Positions 19,886-31,379 are shown, numbered from the stretch's first letter. The stretch is 58,974 nt of DNA from an uncultured bacterium (GCA_964477345.1 CAYZDL010000003.1:1-58974); one strand, 5' to 3'. The notes: a model not told the origin generated them from the letters alone. Translations and numbers: made by a program.

Positions 19886-21037
19886 CTAGAACAATGACTT
19901 CAATTTGTCAAAGAAAGATCTTGTCTGGGGAGAGTTTTGGGGTTTTTCACTTTCGGCAAAACCGCGCAGAATCTCTTTTTGCTCTGCTGTCAAATTGACA
20001 GGAGTTTCTACTTGAACGTGAACTAGAAGATCACCTGTTCCATTACCATGGACGTTTGTAAAGCCTTGTCCTTTAATCCTTAAAACCTTACCAGGTTGGG
20101 TACCTTCGGGGATTGTTACGCGGCATGTAGGTCCGAGGGGGGTCGGAATTTCTCTTTTAGTTCCAAGAGCCGCATCGATACAGCTTATTGGCAAAGTTAA
20201 AATGACGTTATCGCCTTCTCGTTTAAACATATCATGGGGCTTTACTTCAACGTATACATAAAGATCTCCAGGAGGGCCGCCATTTTCGCCTGCATCCCCA
20301 AACCCAGACATTTTCATTCTCATTCCAGAATCAATGCCGGCAGGAATTTGAACTTTTACGTTTTGCTTCTTTTTTTGTTTGCCAGAGCCATGACAAGAGG
20401 GGCATGGTTTTGCAATCATCGTCCCTGAACCATGGCAATTAGGGCAGGTGCTTGTTACACTAAAAAAACCGCGAGTTTGTTGCAAATGACCAGAGCCATT
20501 GCAAGTAGAACAAGTTTTTAAGTCAGATTTACTAGCAGCTCCCGTTCCTTCGCATTTTTCGCAATTGACGTTGTTTGTAATCACAACTTCTTTTTGAACG
20601 CCTCGGGCTGCCTCATCGAAAGTGACGGCAATTTGAATTTTTTTGCTCGCCCCTTGTCTCGCAAAGGAAGACTCATTGCCTGCTTCAAAACCAAAGAAGC
20701 TGTCAAAAATTGAGCCACCACCTGGACCTCCACCACCACCGCCACCGAAAGCTCCCATGAAAGTGCGAAGGGCCTCTTCCATTGAGGAGAATCCAGCTCC
20801 GCCGCCCATGCCTGAGCCTCGGACGCCTTCTTTGCCGTACTGATCGTACATTTTTCGCTTATTCTCATCAGAAAGGACTTCGTAGGCTTCAGAAATCTCT
20901 TTGAATTTTTTGGCGGCATCCTCATCGCCCTGATTTTTATCGGGATGGTACTTAAGAGCCATTTTTCGGTAGGCTTTTTTGACTTCATCTTGAGAGGCAC
21001 TCTTTGAGATACCTAGGACTGCATAATAGTCAGACAT
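19886..21037 (-). CDS. dnaJ: molecular chaperone DnaJ
   Basis: 383 aa. J-domain '[13 protein letters not shown]', a G/F-rich linker, and four CxxCxGxG repeats. Confidence 0.95.
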   Translation of the reverse strand: MSDYYAVLGISKSASQDEVKKAYRKMALKYHPDKNQGDEDAAKKFKEISEAYEVLSDENKRKMYDQYGKEGVRGSGMGGGAGFSSMEEALRTFMGAFGGGGGGGPGGGSIFDSFFGFEAGNESSFARQGASKKIQIAVTFDEAARGVQKEVVITNNVNCEKCEGTGAASKSDLKTCSTCNGSGHLQQTRGFFSVTSTCPNCHGSGTMIAKPCPSCHGSGKQKKKQNVKVQIPAGIDSGMRMKMSGFGDAGENGGPPGDLYVYVEVKPHDMFKREGDNVILTLPISCIDAALGTKREIPTPLGPTCRVTIPEGTQPGKVLRIKGQGFTNVHGNGTGDLLVHVQVETPVNLTAEQKEILRGFAESEKPQNSPQTRSFFDKLKSLF

Positions 21038-21045
21038 AGTTTAGA

Positions 21046-21228
21046 TTATGGTCTTTTTTTACGGTACTTAAGAGCTTGTTTTTGTTTGTTTTTTTCTCTA
21101 ACTGACGGTTTGTCATAAAAACGCTTAGCTTTGACGGTTTTCATGACCCCTTCTTTATCAAGTTTCTTTTTGAGGGAGCGTAGGGATTTTTCGATGGCTT
21201 CTCCTACTCGGACCTTCACAGTGATCAT
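21046..21228 (-). CDS. rpsU: 30S ribosomal protein S21 (bS21)
   Basis: 60 aa, basic, '[17 protein letters not shown]...[12 protein letters not shown]'. Confidence 0.9.
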   Translation of the reverse strand: MITVKVRVGEAIEKSLRSLKKKLDKEGVMKTVKAKRFYDKPSVREKNKQKQALKYRKKRP

Positions 21229-21282
21229 TTAGCAATTTCCTGTTTTAAATTGAATCATTGGTTCTTAGATCTTACACCAATC

Positions 21283-21810
21283 TTAAATTTCTGGATAGGC
21301 AATTTCAAGTTTTTCTTCTTTTTTGCCAGCTCTCTCTTGTATGTAATCTCCAATGATCGACATGTCAAGACCGATTCCTACATTTTTTTGCGAGAGAGCA
21401 TGGACGGGGGCATGCAACGAGTTATGCAGGGGGTCAAAGGCGTGGTACTCAATTTGGCCGTCGGCTCTTAAGGAGGCTATCTTTTTCTTCCCTATAAATA
21501 CGGAGGGGGTAGCCCGCCCTATAAATGCCGAATACCCGATTAAGGGCTTTGATTTGGCATAGGCTAGGGTTTTGGCTGTAATGACGCCGATTCGGATTCC
21601 AGTAAAACTTCCCGGTCCCGTACAAGCTGCAAAAATGGTCAAATCATCCAAAGAAAGGGAGTGATTTCTTAAAAGAAGGTCGATTCTTTCAAGAAGTAGG
21701 CAAGTTTGCATTTGATCGGGCATGAGGATCGCTTCTATGAGCTTTTCTCTTTCAAAGAGAGCTACATAGCTATCATTTCCTGAGGTGTCTATTGCAAGAG
21801 TGAACATCAT
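21283..21810 (-). CDS. tsaB: tRNA t6A biosynthesis protein TsaB (YeaZ-like)
   Basis: 175 aa, 'LAIDTSG', 'TGPGSFTGIRIGV'. Confidence 0.85.
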   Translation of the reverse strand: MMFTLAIDTSGNDSYVALFEREKLIEAILMPDQMQTCLLLERIDLLLRNHSLSLDDLTIFAACTGPGSFTGIRIGVITAKTLAYAKSKPLIGYSAFIGRATPSVFIGKKKIASLRADGQIEYHAFDPLHNSLHAPVHALSQKNVGIGLDMSIIGDYIQERAGKKEEKLEIAYPEI

Positions 21811-21976
21811 TTGTTAATGGTACCGTAAAAAACTACGATGAAAAAATATCATAGAATGGTTTAATTAGGGAATAGATAGATAAAAATAAAAGAAAATGAT
21901 GAAAATTCGTTCTTTTTTTTAAAACCGGTGTTAACATGGACACCTAATACTGTTTAATGATTCGAAAAATTGGTTT

Positions 21977-24526
21977 TTGAATTGTGAGCAGTATATAGAA
22001 ATAGTAGGAGATTTTTTGACAAACGACGACTTATTGGGCTCTGCCCACGACGATCTTTCAGAACTTCTTGGGGAAGATTCAGGAAAAAAAATCAGCGATA
22101 CAAGTATCGATGAGTATCCTAAGAATCTCGCCATTATACCACTTACGCATAGGCCGTACATGCCTCACATGGCTGTGCCGATTTTTATCGAGTCAGGTCC
22201 TCATTTACACCTTCTCAAAGAGATGGCAAAATTAAACAATAAGTATCTAGGGCTTGTGTTAACAAAGGACAAAGACCAAGATATTTATAAGGTCGGTTTT
22301 GAGGATCTTCATGATGTGGGAGTGGTGGCCCGTGTTCTCCGTATTTTGAATGTTCAGCAAGATGGAGGAGCGCAAGTTATTCTTAATATCGAGCGTCGCT
22401 TTAGGATCGAAGGGCCTGCTTCAAAGAAGAAGAGCAAGTATCTGATCGCTAAGGTAAACTACTACGAAGAAAAGGTCCCTGCTGATAAAAAAGATATTAT
22501 TACGGCTTATGCAAGCAACTTGATTAAGACCATTAGAGAACTTGTGGCTCATAGTCCTATTTTCAAAGAAGAATTGCAGATTGTTCTCTCTCACTCAGAT
22601 TTTGCTCAACCTTATAAGCTTACAGATTTTGCGGTGGCCTTGACGACTGCAACAAGAGAAGATCTTCAGGATGTTTTGGCTACATTTGATTTACCTAGAC
22701 GGATGGAAAAGGCTCTCCTACTCCTTAAAAAAGAGCTCGACATCAGCAAATTGCAAGTGATGATCAATCAAAAAATTGAATCGACCATTTCAAAAACACA
22801 ACGTGAATACCACTTACGTGAACAGCTCAAGCACATTCAAAAAGAGCTGGGGATGTCAAAAGATGATAAGACCGTTGACATTGATAAATTCCGTGAAAGG
22901 GCCAAACAGCTCAAATTTTCGAAAGAAGCTGAGAAAGTATTTGAAGAGGAGCTCGATAAATTAGGCTTCCTTGATGTGCAGTCAGCAGAATATTCAGTTG
23001 TAAGAAACTATCTAGAGTGGATCACCGTGCTGCCATGGGGAGTTCTAGAAAAGGAAAACGACAATTTAGCTGCAGCTGAAGATGTCCTTGAAAAGGATCA
23101 CTATGGGCTTAAGGATGTGAAAGAAAGGATTATTGAGGTTATTTCTGTCGGTCTTCTAAAAAAGGAAGGAACGAAAGGGTACATCATTTGTCTAGTCGGT
23201 CCTCCAGGAGTTGGTAAAACGAGCATCGGAAAATCAATTGCCCGTGCCTTGAATCGTCCCTTCTATCGCTTTAGCGTAGGGGGCATGAAGGATGAGGCTG
23301 AAATTAAAGGTCATAGAAGAACTTATGTGGGGGCTATGCCTGGCAAAATCGTTCAAGCTCTCAAGCAGACAGAGGTGAGCAATCCAGTGATAATGCTCGA
23401 TGAGGTTGATAAAATTTCATCAAGTTATCATGGAGATCCTGCTTCAGCACTTCTTGAAGTATTAGATCCTGAACAAAACAAAGATTTTCTCGATCATTAT
23501 TTAGATATCCGTTTTGATCTTTCAAATATTTTATTCATTGTCACAGCTAATACAACAGATTCAATTCCAGGACCTCTCTTAGACCGTATGGAAGTGATTC
23601 GTCTTTCCGGATATATTGAAGAGGAAAAACTCCAAATTGCGAAAAAATACCTCATTCCTAAGAATCGAAAAGAGGCGGGGCTTAAAGCAACCGATGTCTC
23701 CTTCACGACCGAAGGGTTGAGGTTCCTGATTAACGGGTACTGCCGAGAAGCTGGGGTTAGAAATCTTGAAAAAAGTATCAATAAAGTCATGAGAAAGATT
23801 GCTACAGAAAAAGTACGTGCTGCGGAATCTAAAAAATCCAAAGTAAAAATTGAAAAGCATGTGATCAACGAAAAAATGGTTGAAAAATATTTAGGTAAGC
23901 CAATCTTCACTTCGGAGACTTTTTATGCGAAAGATAACATTTGTGGAGTAGCTACTGGTTTGGCATGGACATCTATGGGAGGTTCAACCCTCTACGTAGA
24001 AGCAGTTAAAAACCCAGGGAAAAGGCATCAGCTTAAGTTGACCGGGAATTCGGGTGATGTTATGAAAGAATCATCTACGATTGCCTACACCTACTTGATG
24101 AGCGAAAGAGATAAGTACGTGCCTAAAGAAATGAATTTTGAAGAGAACGAAATTCATATCCATATACCCGATGGAGCTACCCCTAAGGATGGTCCATCAG
24201 CAGGGATTACCTTGACAACAGCGATGATATCCCTTTGCAATAATAAGCCAGTACCGCACGATATCGCTATGACAGGAGAAATCACGACCAAAGGAAAAGT
24301 TCTTGCAATTGGTGGATTGAAAGAAAAGGTGATTGCTGCAAGACGGGAAAACATTCACAATGTGATCCTGCCTAAGGAAAATGAAAGGGATTTCAAAGAA
24401 CTCCCTAGTTACTTGACAAAGGGAATGATATTTCACTTTGTTGAGAATTACCAACAAGTTTATGACATATGTTTTGGAAAAGAACTAAAGTCTAAAAAGA
24501 CATCAGGTACCCGTTCCAAAAAATGA
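21977..24526 (+). CDS. lon: ATP-dependent Lon protease
   Basis: 849-aa ORF. Walker A 'GPPGVGKTS' and the protease 'PKDGPSAGIT' serine site. Start is uncertain: an in-frame TTG at 22016 follows AGGAG. Confidence 0.93.
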   Translation: MNCEQYIEIVGDFLTNDDLLGSAHDDLSELLGEDSGKKISDTSIDEYPKNLAIIPLTHRPYMPHMAVPIFIESGPHLHLLKEMAKLNNKYLGLVLTKDKDQDIYKVGFEDLHDVGVVARVLRILNVQQDGGAQVILNIERRFRIEGPASKKKSKYLIAKVNYYEEKVPADKKDIITAYASNLIKTIRELVAHSPIFKEELQIVLSHSDFAQPYKLTDFAVALTTATREDLQDVLATFDLPRRMEKALLLLKKELDISKLQVMINQKIESTISKTQREYHLREQLKHIQKELGMSKDDKTVDIDKFRERAKQLKFSKEAEKVFEEELDKLGFLDVQSAEYSVVRNYLEWITVLPWGVLEKENDNLAAAEDVLEKDHYGLKDVKERIIEVISVGLLKKEGTKGYIICLVGPPGVGKTSIGKSIARALNRPFYRFSVGGMKDEAEIKGHRRTYVGAMPGKIVQALKQTEVSNPVIMLDEVDKISSSYHGDPASALLEVLDPEQNKDFLDHYLDIRFDLSNILFIVTANTTDSIPGPLLDRMEVIRLSGYIEEEKLQIAKKYLIPKNRKEAGLKATDVSFTTEGLRFLINGYCREAGVRNLEKSINKVMRKIATEKVRAAESKKSKVKIEKHVINEKMVEKYLGKPIFTSETFYAKDNICGVATGLAWTSMGGSTLYVEAVKNPGKRHQLKLTGNSGDVMKESSTIAYTYLMSERDKYVPKEMNFEENEIHIHIPDGATPKDGPSAGITLTTAMISLCNNKPVPHDIAMTGEITTKGKVLAIGGLKEKVIAARRENIHNVILPKENERDFKELPSYLTKGMIFHFVENYQQVYDICFGKELKSKKTSGTRSKK

Positions 24527-24532
24527 GGCTGA

Positions 24533-25897
24533 TTGCGAAAAGTTGCCACATTTGAAAAGGCCGAAGATGCAAACGTCGTTTATGCCCGTATGGTCGAAAT
24601 GGGGATCGATTGCCAACTCGATGTCAACCCTCAAGGGCACTTTGAAATTTGGGTAAAGGGAGATGATCAACTTCCTCAGGCTAAAGAGATTGTTGAAAAT
24701 TTTGAAAAAAATGGTGACACTTTTTTTAGAGAAAAGCCAGAAAAAGATTCGACTAAAGAAAAGGTTGAAGATTTCTTCGAAGGGGGGCCTACTCCTTCAG
24801 CTAGCCGAAGGTCTCAGAATCTATTTTATGGCCCTATCACAAGGCTAACTCTCCTTGCGTGTGCCGTTATTTTTTTGTTTTCAATGATCCAAACCACAAA
24901 ACTTATCGAATCAAAAAAAATTGAATCACCCTTTCCTGTCTTAACGCCTATTTACCAAGCCCTCATTTACGACTTTCCTCCCACTTTACAAGCGATTGAA
25001 GAGTTAGTAGAAATCGAGAATTCTCAAAAAAAATTGAGTTATCAGGAGCCTAGTGGCTCCATTGATTTGAATCCTCCTGCTGATGGAGGCGATGATTCAG
25101 AAGATAGTTCAGAAGACTCAGAAGACTCAGAAGATCAAAAGGAAGAAAATCATGAAGCCGAAGAAGAGATAGAAGCCCAGCAACAAGAGGAGAGTGTTCA
25201 ACCTCAAGGAGCTAATGACTCAGGGGTAATCCAAAAAATTGCAGAAGAGAAAGAGCCGCTTCCTCAAAATGAAGATGTTCCTTCTGATAATACAAACGGT
25301 TACGAGCAAGCTTTAAAAGAGCAGATAGAAACAGAACCCCTTTGGCCAGGGTTTTACAATGTCCTTCTTCACTATGAAAGTCGCGAGATTTTTTTTCGGG
25401 CTCCTCTCTTTTACTCGATTAGCCATGGAGAAGTATGGCGTCTAGTTTCCCCTATGTTCCTTCATGCAGGGCTTCTCCATTTTTTATTTAATATGTTGTG
25501 GTTATGGGTTCTTGGTCGAAGTTGCGAGGGGAATATGGGGGTGATTCGTTTCGTCGCTTTCGTGTTATTAACAGCGGTGGTGACCAACACGCTCCAGTAC
25601 CTGATGACGGGCCCCTTCTTTATGGGAATCTCAGGGGTTTTGGCTGCTTTTGCTGGGTACATCTGGTCTAGAAAAAAGATCGCCCCTTGGGAGATTTATT
25701 TCATCGATAGAGGAACTCTAATTTTCCTTGGATCTTTCATTTTTGGTCTCTTTGGCCTTCAAATCGTTGCTTTTTACCTACAATTAGTTCACAATACTTC
25801 AATCCTTCCATTAAGTTTTGCCAATACGGCACATATGTCAGGGGTATTTTTAGGATTAGGGTTGGGAAGAACGAAGTTGTTTCAAAGAAGTATATGA
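24533..25897 (+). CDS. rhomboid family intramembrane serine protease (GlpG-like) with long acidic loop insertion
   Basis: 454 aa with a TTG start 5 nt after GAGG. The N-terminal domain resembles the GlpG cytoplasmic domain. Has '[19 protein letters not shown]', 'GISGVL' (Ser) and 'NTAHMSG' (His). Confidence 0.8.
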   Translation: MRKVATFEKAEDANVVYARMVEMGIDCQLDVNPQGHFEIWVKGDDQLPQAKEIVENFEKNGDTFFREKPEKDSTKEKVEDFFEGGPTPSASRRSQNLFYGPITRLTLLACAVIFLFSMIQTTKLIESKKIESPFPVLTPIYQALIYDFPPTLQAIEELVEIENSQKKLSYQEPSGSIDLNPPADGGDDSEDSSEDSEDSEDQKEENHEAEEEIEAQQQEESVQPQGANDSGVIQKIAEEKEPLPQNEDVPSDNTNGYEQALKEQIETEPLWPGFYNVLLHYESREIFFRAPLFYSISHGEVWRLVSPMFLHAGLLHFLFNMLWLWVLGRSCEGNMGVIRFVAFVLLTAVVTNTLQYLMTGPFFMGISGVLAAFAGYIWSRKKIAPWEIYFIDRGTLIFLGSFIFGLFGLQIVAFYLQLVHNTSILPLSFANTAHMSGVFLGLGLGRTKLFQRSI

Positions 25898-26814
25898 CAG
25901 TAAGAGACTTAACTATTCTCGGATGTTCTTCGCAACAACCGACACGGAAGCGAAATCATGGCGCCTATTTATTACGATGGAATAATGAAGGGCTTCTTTT
26001 TGATCCCGGTGAAGGGACTCAAAGGCAATTCATCCACGCAGATGTTGCCCCCACTTGTGTTAATCGGATTTTTGTTTCCCATTTTCATGGGGATCATTCA
26101 TTAGGTCTCGGATCGATGCTCATGCGGCTGAACCTCGATAAAGTGACCCACCCGATTCATTGTTACTACCCTGCATCGGGTAAAGCCTATTTTGATCGAC
26201 TTCGTTATGGGACCATTTATCGAGAAAACATCAATGTTGTTGAACATCCTATCGATTCTGAAGGAATTGTATATCAAGACGACGCCTTTACCATTGAGGC
26301 TGCATTTTTAGATCATGGAGTGCCCAACCTTGGTTATCGAGTAACCGAATCCGATACAATTAGGTACAATAAAGAGGCTCTCAATAAGTTGGGCATTAAG
26401 GGTCGGACGATGAAACAGCTTATTGAAGAGGGGAGTTTGGTCCTCCCTGATTCTAAGCGGATAACTATTGAAGAGGTGAGCTATCTCCAAAAAGGGGATT
26501 CATTTGCGATCGTTCTCGATACTAGACCCTGCAAAGCTGCTATCAAACTAGCCCGTGGAGCCACCCTTTTTCTTTGTGAAAGCACCTACCTTGAATCTGC
26601 AAGGGAGTTAGCGGTTAAGCATAAGCACCTAACAGCCAGGGAAGCGGCAGAGATAGCCCTTGAGGCAGAGGTACAAACCCTTATTTTAACCCATTTTTCG
26701 GCCAGGTATATTGATTTAGAGCCCTTTGAAGAAGAGGCGAGAACTATTTTCCCTCATACCTATGCAGCCGACGACCTTAAAAGGTTTCCTTTCGAGCGGA
26801 AAATCACCATTTAG
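25894..26814 (+). CDS. rnz: ribonuclease Z (metallo-beta-lactamase tRNA 3' endonuclease)
   Basis: 306 aa, '[12 protein letters not shown]', 'THFSARY'. It overlaps the upstream gene by 4 nt. Confidence 0.88.
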   Translation: MTVRDLTILGCSSQQPTRKRNHGAYLLRWNNEGLLFDPGEGTQRQFIHADVAPTCVNRIFVSHFHGDHSLGLGSMLMRLNLDKVTHPIHCYYPASGKAYFDRLRYGTIYRENINVVEHPIDSEGIVYQDDAFTIEAAFLDHGVPNLGYRVTESDTIRYNKEALNKLGIKGRTMKQLIEEGSLVLPDSKRITIEEVSYLQKGDSFAIVLDTRPCKAAIKLARGATLFLCESTYLESARELAVKHKHLTAREAAEIALEAEVQTLILTHFSARYIDLEPFEEEARTIFPHTYAADDLKRFPFERKITI

Positions 26815-27192
26815 CATAATTATCAATTAGATATGGGTCAGGAGCCCTCACACCGTGGTCTGCGACCGTTTTAAATTACTAGAGCCCAATCGAGGACGAT
26901 CGTTTTAGATCGGTTTGCCTGCTCAAAAAGAGGGGGTCTTCTTTGGCTACCAGAGTCGTTTCGGCGACTGATCTACTGGCGGGGCTGCCAATATTTAGAG
27001 AGAGGTCTTTAAGAGAGTTGAAGGGGCTCTCAAAATCCCCAAGGCGTTGAAATTGATTTATTTGGACAAATAGATGCTGTACGGTCGATGTTAGCAAAGC
27101 GATCACTAGAAGTTCAAGCAGTGATGGAATCGATTAATATTGAAATACATCCACTCATAAATGGATACGAGAGGATTTACTGTACCCCTAAT

Positions 27193-27615
27193 TTAAGCAG
27201 CTAGTTCATTGGAGATATCTTTCAGGTTGTCGAAGAAGACTTCCCTTTCGGCGTCCTTTTCAGCCAGTACCTGAATGAGTGACTTAAGAGTTTCTTGTTT
27301 TATCTGTTCGTTCGTCGTATTGGCTGCTTTCAAGAGAGAGTTCCCATCTTTGCCGAATCGTTGTTCAATCATCTCTTTGATAATTTTTGCATTGTAATAG
27401 ATCGATTCTGAAGGACGAGTCGATAGAAGGTCTCTTGCGCAATGGTGCAATTCGTTAATTCTTTGAGAGAGAGCATCGATTTCTTGATGGCTCAATTCAG
27501 CGTGGTGGGTTTTTGTCTTCTTGATACTTCTTAGGCTCTCTTTCAAAAAGAGATCAAGCTTTTCCTTTAATGCCTTACTCATCTGATCCATAAAATTCTC
27601 CTTGGCCTTAAACAC
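27193..27615 (-). CDS. hypothetical helical protein
   Basis: 140-aa ORF downstream of the ABC-F and trmH-like genes on the same strand. No family recognised. Confidence 0.5.
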   Translation of the reverse strand: MFKAKENFMDQMSKALKEKLDLFLKESLRSIKKTKTHHAELSHQEIDALSQRINELHHCARDLLSTRPSESIYYNAKIIKEMIEQRFGKDGNSLLKAANTTNEQIKQETLKSLIQVLAEKDAEREVFFDNLKDISNELAA

Positions 27616-27654
27616 TAAGCTAGGGAATTAAGGAAAAAAGTAAAGAGTAATTCA

Positions 27655-28329
27655 TTAGTTATGGAGGGAGGTGGAGATTTTAGCGGCTATGATCCCGAAG
27701 GCAGAGGCGACATTGAGAGAGTTTTTCATCCCAACTAAAGGAATTTGAATTACGGTATCTGCTCTCCGAAGGTTCTCTTCTGAAACTCCAAGTTCTTCGT
27801 TTCCTAAAAGTAGTGAAAAAGTGCGTGGAAACATAAAATCATTGAAATCGATCGCCCCCTCGACAGTTTCCAAGGCAATCAGGGGCCTTTTTTTCAGATC
27901 ATCTAAAGTGGCATCAAAATGGCAAACCACATGATTTTCGGCACCCATGCTTGTTTTGTTCATTTTAGGCCCGTAGGGAGTGTACCCGCCAAAGTAGACC
28001 TCTCCGATCCGAAAAGCTTCATTGGTTCGAATAATACTGCCAACGTTGTGTGCTGAGCGAAGGTTGTCGAGAAAAATATCAATGGGGAGGAAAGGTTTGG
28101 CCACATGACCATCGTTTTTTCTCACTTGGAGTAATTCTCTCTCCGACAACTGCATCTGTGCTTGCTCAACATGGTAGTGAAAGCGGTCAGACCACTCGTG
28201 TTTGGTGGAGATAGCAGGAAGGGACAATTGAGAAGCGTAAGGGTGATAAAGCTCTTCTGAAGCTCCTTCTTCCAAGATTTTCCGGATGATCGAAGCCGCC
28301 CATTTATGGAGACGTTTCGTTGGTATCAT
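27655..28329 (-). CDS. TrmH/SpoU-family RNA 2'-O-methyltransferase
   Basis: 224 aa, 'NVGSIIRT', 'LLLGNEELGVS', 'IPLVGMKNSLNVASA'. Its start overlaps the ABC-F stop (ATGA). Confidence 0.8.
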   Translation of the reverse strand: MIPTKRLHKWAASIIRKILEEGASEELYHPYASQLSLPAISTKHEWSDRFHYHVEQAQMQLSERELLQVRKNDGHVAKPFLPIDIFLDNLRSAHNVGSIIRTNEAFRIGEVYFGGYTPYGPKMNKTSMGAENHVVCHFDATLDDLKKRPLIALETVEGAIDFNDFMFPRTFSLLLGNEELGVSEENLRRADTVIQIPLVGMKNSLNVASAFGIIAAKISTSLHN

Positions 28330-29915
28330 CTGAGAGCAGCTCGTCTTTCCAAATACTCATCGAGAGTTCCATCAAGGGTATGAATGCCATCTTCTTCAAT
28401 AGCGATAATGCGTGTGGCGACAGTCGAAATCAGATCACGGTCGTGAGAAGCAATGATGACCGTCCCTTTGTAATCTTCTAGTCCCCATCCAAGAGAAGAG
28501 ACCGATTCAAGATCAAGGTGGTTATTCGGTTCATCGAGGATCAATGTATTGAAGGTGTTCATCATTAGCGAGGCAATGATCAATCGAGCCGTTTCGCCTC
28601 CTGAGAGTTTGGAAATTTCCTTTAAGCCCTCGTGCCCTGAAAAGAGAAGCTTTCCAAGGACGCCGCGGATCTCTTGCTCATGCATCCCTTCTTTTTTTGG
28701 TCTGAGCCAATCGACCATATTGATCTTTACTGACTTATTGACAACCTCTTCGTGATTTTGAGGAAAGTAGCCGATTTCGACATGGTTACCCAACACAATT
28801 TGGCCTTTATCAGGAGTAATTACTCCTGCAAGGAGTCTGAGAAGGGTAGTCTTACCACGGCCGTTATTACCGATGACTCCAATTTTATCGCCTCGATTAA
28901 TTTCATAAGAGAAATTCTTAACGACATGGATATCACCAAACGACTTTGAAATTCCTTCGATCTTAAAAGGGATCTGTCCTGATTGTTTGGTGGGGGGTTC
29001 AAAACGGATAAATGGCCTATGAATATTCGATTTTTTCAGTTCATCAGGGGCTAGTTTTTTAATTTCCTTAATACGGGATTGGACTTGAGAGGCTCGTGTA
29101 CCGGCACCGAATTTTTGAACAAACTCTCTGAGTTGAGAGACCTTTTTTTCACGAGATTTGTTTTCTGACTCGGCGCGTGAGCGGGCCTGGGATTTATTTG
29201 CGATCATATCGTCGTAGTTGCCTGGGTAGATGATGATTGTTTCATAGTCAATGTCGGCAATATGTGTACAAATCGTGTTCAAAAAATGACGGTCGTGAGA
29301 GACGACAATTAATGCTCCTGTATATTCATGGAGAAACTCTTCGAGCCATTTGATCGACTCAAGATCGAGGTGGTTAGTCGGTTCATCTAGTAGCAATGCC
29401 TCTGGCTTACCAAATAAAGCCTGACACAAGAGGATCCTGAACTGCATGTCAAGAGGGAGGTCTCCGACGTTTTTAGAGTATTCATCGGCAGTCAGGTTCA
29501 TTCCGCTAAGAAGCACTTCTGCATCAGTTTCTGCTGTATAGCCGTCTTCTTCTGCAATGATCTCTTCTAGATCGCCTAGGCGCATTCCTACGGCATCGGT
29601 CATCTCACCTTCGTAGAGTTTATCTCTCTCAGCAATCGCGTTCCATAGCCGTTTATTTCCCATCATTACGACATCAACAGCTCTAAAGTGACTAAATTCT
29701 TCGAGGTTTTGTTTTAGAAACCCAACTTTTTTTGGAAGGGAGACAACTCCGGATGTAGCATCTTCAAGACCCATCATGATCTTCATGAGAGTTGACTTTC
29801 CAGCTCCGTTGGGACCGGTTAAGCCGTAACGATTTCCCTCATTGAAGGCCACAGTCACATCTTCAAATAATACCCTGACCCCAAGCTTTTTAGTGATCTT
29901 ATCGAGGACAATCAT
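28326..29915 (-). CDS. ABC-F family ATPase (YbiT/EttA-like, two ABC domains, no TMD)
   Basis: 529 aa. Two Walker A motifs ('GPNGAGKST', 'GNNGRGKTT') and two signatures ('LSGGE...'). Confidence 0.9.
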   Translation of the reverse strand: MIVLDKITKKLGVRVLFEDVTVAFNEGNRYGLTGPNGAGKSTLMKIMMGLEDATSGVVSLPKKVGFLKQNLEEFSHFRAVDVVMMGNKRLWNAIAERDKLYEGEMTDAVGMRLGDLEEIIAEEDGYTAETDAEVLLSGMNLTADEYSKNVGDLPLDMQFRILLCQALFGKPEALLLDEPTNHLDLESIKWLEEFLHEYTGALIVVSHDRHFLNTICTHIADIDYETIIIYPGNYDDMIANKSQARSRAESENKSREKKVSQLREFVQKFGAGTRASQVQSRIKEIKKLAPDELKKSNIHRPFIRFEPPTKQSGQIPFKIEGISKSFGDIHVVKNFSYEINRGDKIGVIGNNGRGKTTLLRLLAGVITPDKGQIVLGNHVEIGYFPQNHEEVVNKSVKINMVDWLRPKKEGMHEQEIRGVLGKLLFSGHEGLKEISKLSGGETARLIIASLMMNTFNTLILDEPNNHLDLESVSSLGWGLEDYKGTVIIASHDRDLISTVATRIIAIEEDGIHTLDGTLDEYLERRAALR

Positions 29916-30065
29916 TCAAAAATCCTTTTTAGCAAGATAGTGTAGCAGATTCTGCTGTCTGACTACAAGTGGGAAATATTAGACGTTTCAAATTATAAAA
30001 AGATTGTAAAAAGATCATGTTAATGGTACTTTTTTTTGCCTAAAGGTCACGAGGTAGGGTGTGCA

Positions 30066-31190
30066 ATGGATGGGGACGTTTCAATAAGATATTTGAATTT
30101 AGTTGGTGTTGAGAAGGGTGATCTTGTATTTTCTTCAGATTCAGTGGGTGATCAATCTGCCATCGAATATCGTAAATCGACGACAAGGGAACCAACTCAA
30201 GAAAAAGTTACTAGACTTGATTATCGGGACTGCATGGGTCTAATTAGGTTAATAGTCGATTTCATTGTGGCGTTGTTCAAAAAATGTTTTGGCTGTTTTG
30301 CGGAGGAAGAGCTTCCTCAGAAAACCTATGATTTATCAAAATTTCAGGTTCGTTTTCGTGAAGAAAGACTCCGGAATGCCCGAGAAGCTGAGTGTGGGAT
30401 TGAAAATGCCACCCTTATAGATCAAATCTTCACTGCTGTACGTGAAGTAGATAGTTCTTTTACAAAAAGGAGCGCTATAGAGATTAGTGAAAAAGTGGCT
30501 ACTGCTTGGGGTAAGTATAAGAAAATGATAGCTGAAGAGAGGGTTGTTATAAGTGACGTTCATGGGGAGCCCCTCGATGCCTCTCTTAAGAGAGGATTTT
30601 GTAGGCCTGCGGTTTTTCTAGTGCGTAGCGATGAAAATCGAAATGACAAACTTTTTCAATCTCGATTACAAATCATCGTTCCCATCAGAGAGGGGGGGAA
30701 ATTTGAAAAAGAGGTAACCTTGTATTCAGGGATTGTTGCGGGCGCAGATAACCCTTCGCCTAGGGAGCTGGCTGCAATGGCATCTTCCAATGAAGGAATT
30801 ATTTTAGAGCTAGGAAATAACCCTCGTGCGCAAGAGGGTATAATCAAAAGTGTAGTAGAAAAAAATCGAGAAGAGTTAGTTAGGGCTGTTATTGAGGTGC
30901 TAGCCTTTATTGATACAAATTTATTCCCTAGTGAGGGTCAGATCATTCTTACAATTCCCAAAGGAAATGAAAAGGTTGTTCTTAAGGCAAGGAGTCTTGT
31001 TTTTGCCCAATCGTCTGAAGGCGATGATCGTGCTATTCAATCAAAAAAAGAAAAGATTGAGAATTTAATCGAGGGGGCCATTAAAAAAGGAGCCTCTGAA
31101 ACTTTGAATATCGGTTCATTAGTCCGAAGAAGCTCTCACGATACGAAATGGGAAGTAGAATTTACTTTAACACCGCATAAGAAATTTTAG
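30066..31190 (+). CDS. hypothetical protein (member 1 of local trio)
   Basis: ORF opens at TTG 30036; the ATG at 30066 is preferred. Has a short hydrophobic segment, 'LIRLIVDFIVALFKKCFGCF'. Confidence 0.55.
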   Translation: MDGDVSIRYLNLVGVEKGDLVFSSDSVGDQSAIEYRKSTTREPTQEKVTRLDYRDCMGLIRLIVDFIVALFKKCFGCFAEEELPQKTYDLSKFQVRFREERLRNAREAECGIENATLIDQIFTAVREVDSSFTKRSAIEISEKVATAWGKYKKMIAEERVVISDVHGEPLDASLKRGFCRPAVFLVRSDENRNDKLFQSRLQIIVPIREGGKFEKEVTLYSGIVAGADNPSPRELAAMASSNEGIILELGNNPRAQEGIIKSVVEKNREELVRAVIEVLAFIDTNLFPSEGQIILTIPKGNEKVVLKARSLVFAQSSEGDDRAIQSKKEKIENLIEGAIKKGASETLNIGSLVRRSSHDTKWEVEFTLTPHKKF

Positions 31191-31379
31191 TTTCATAATC
31201 ATTTTACCCATCCATTTTTTAAAAATGTTTAGTGATTCGGTATCAAAAGCGAATGTAAAGAGGGGGTATTCTTTCAAAGAATGTTTTCCCATACAAGAGA
31301 TGCATAACCGGCTTTCTTAAGGAATTTGTTAAATAATCGACTATATTTCGTGAACTGATTATTTTAATGCGATTAAGAT

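Noticed and set aside
20643-20843. Proline-rich ORF ('[12 protein letters not shown]') on the plus strand.
   Set aside because: It is the antisense reading of the Gly/Phe-rich linker of dnaJ (GGN codons read as NCC), so it is an artefact.
26879-27106. 75-aa minus-strand ORF in the rnz downstream spacer.
   Set aside because: There is no RBS and no recognisable motif. It is kept only as a possibility under the spacer finding.
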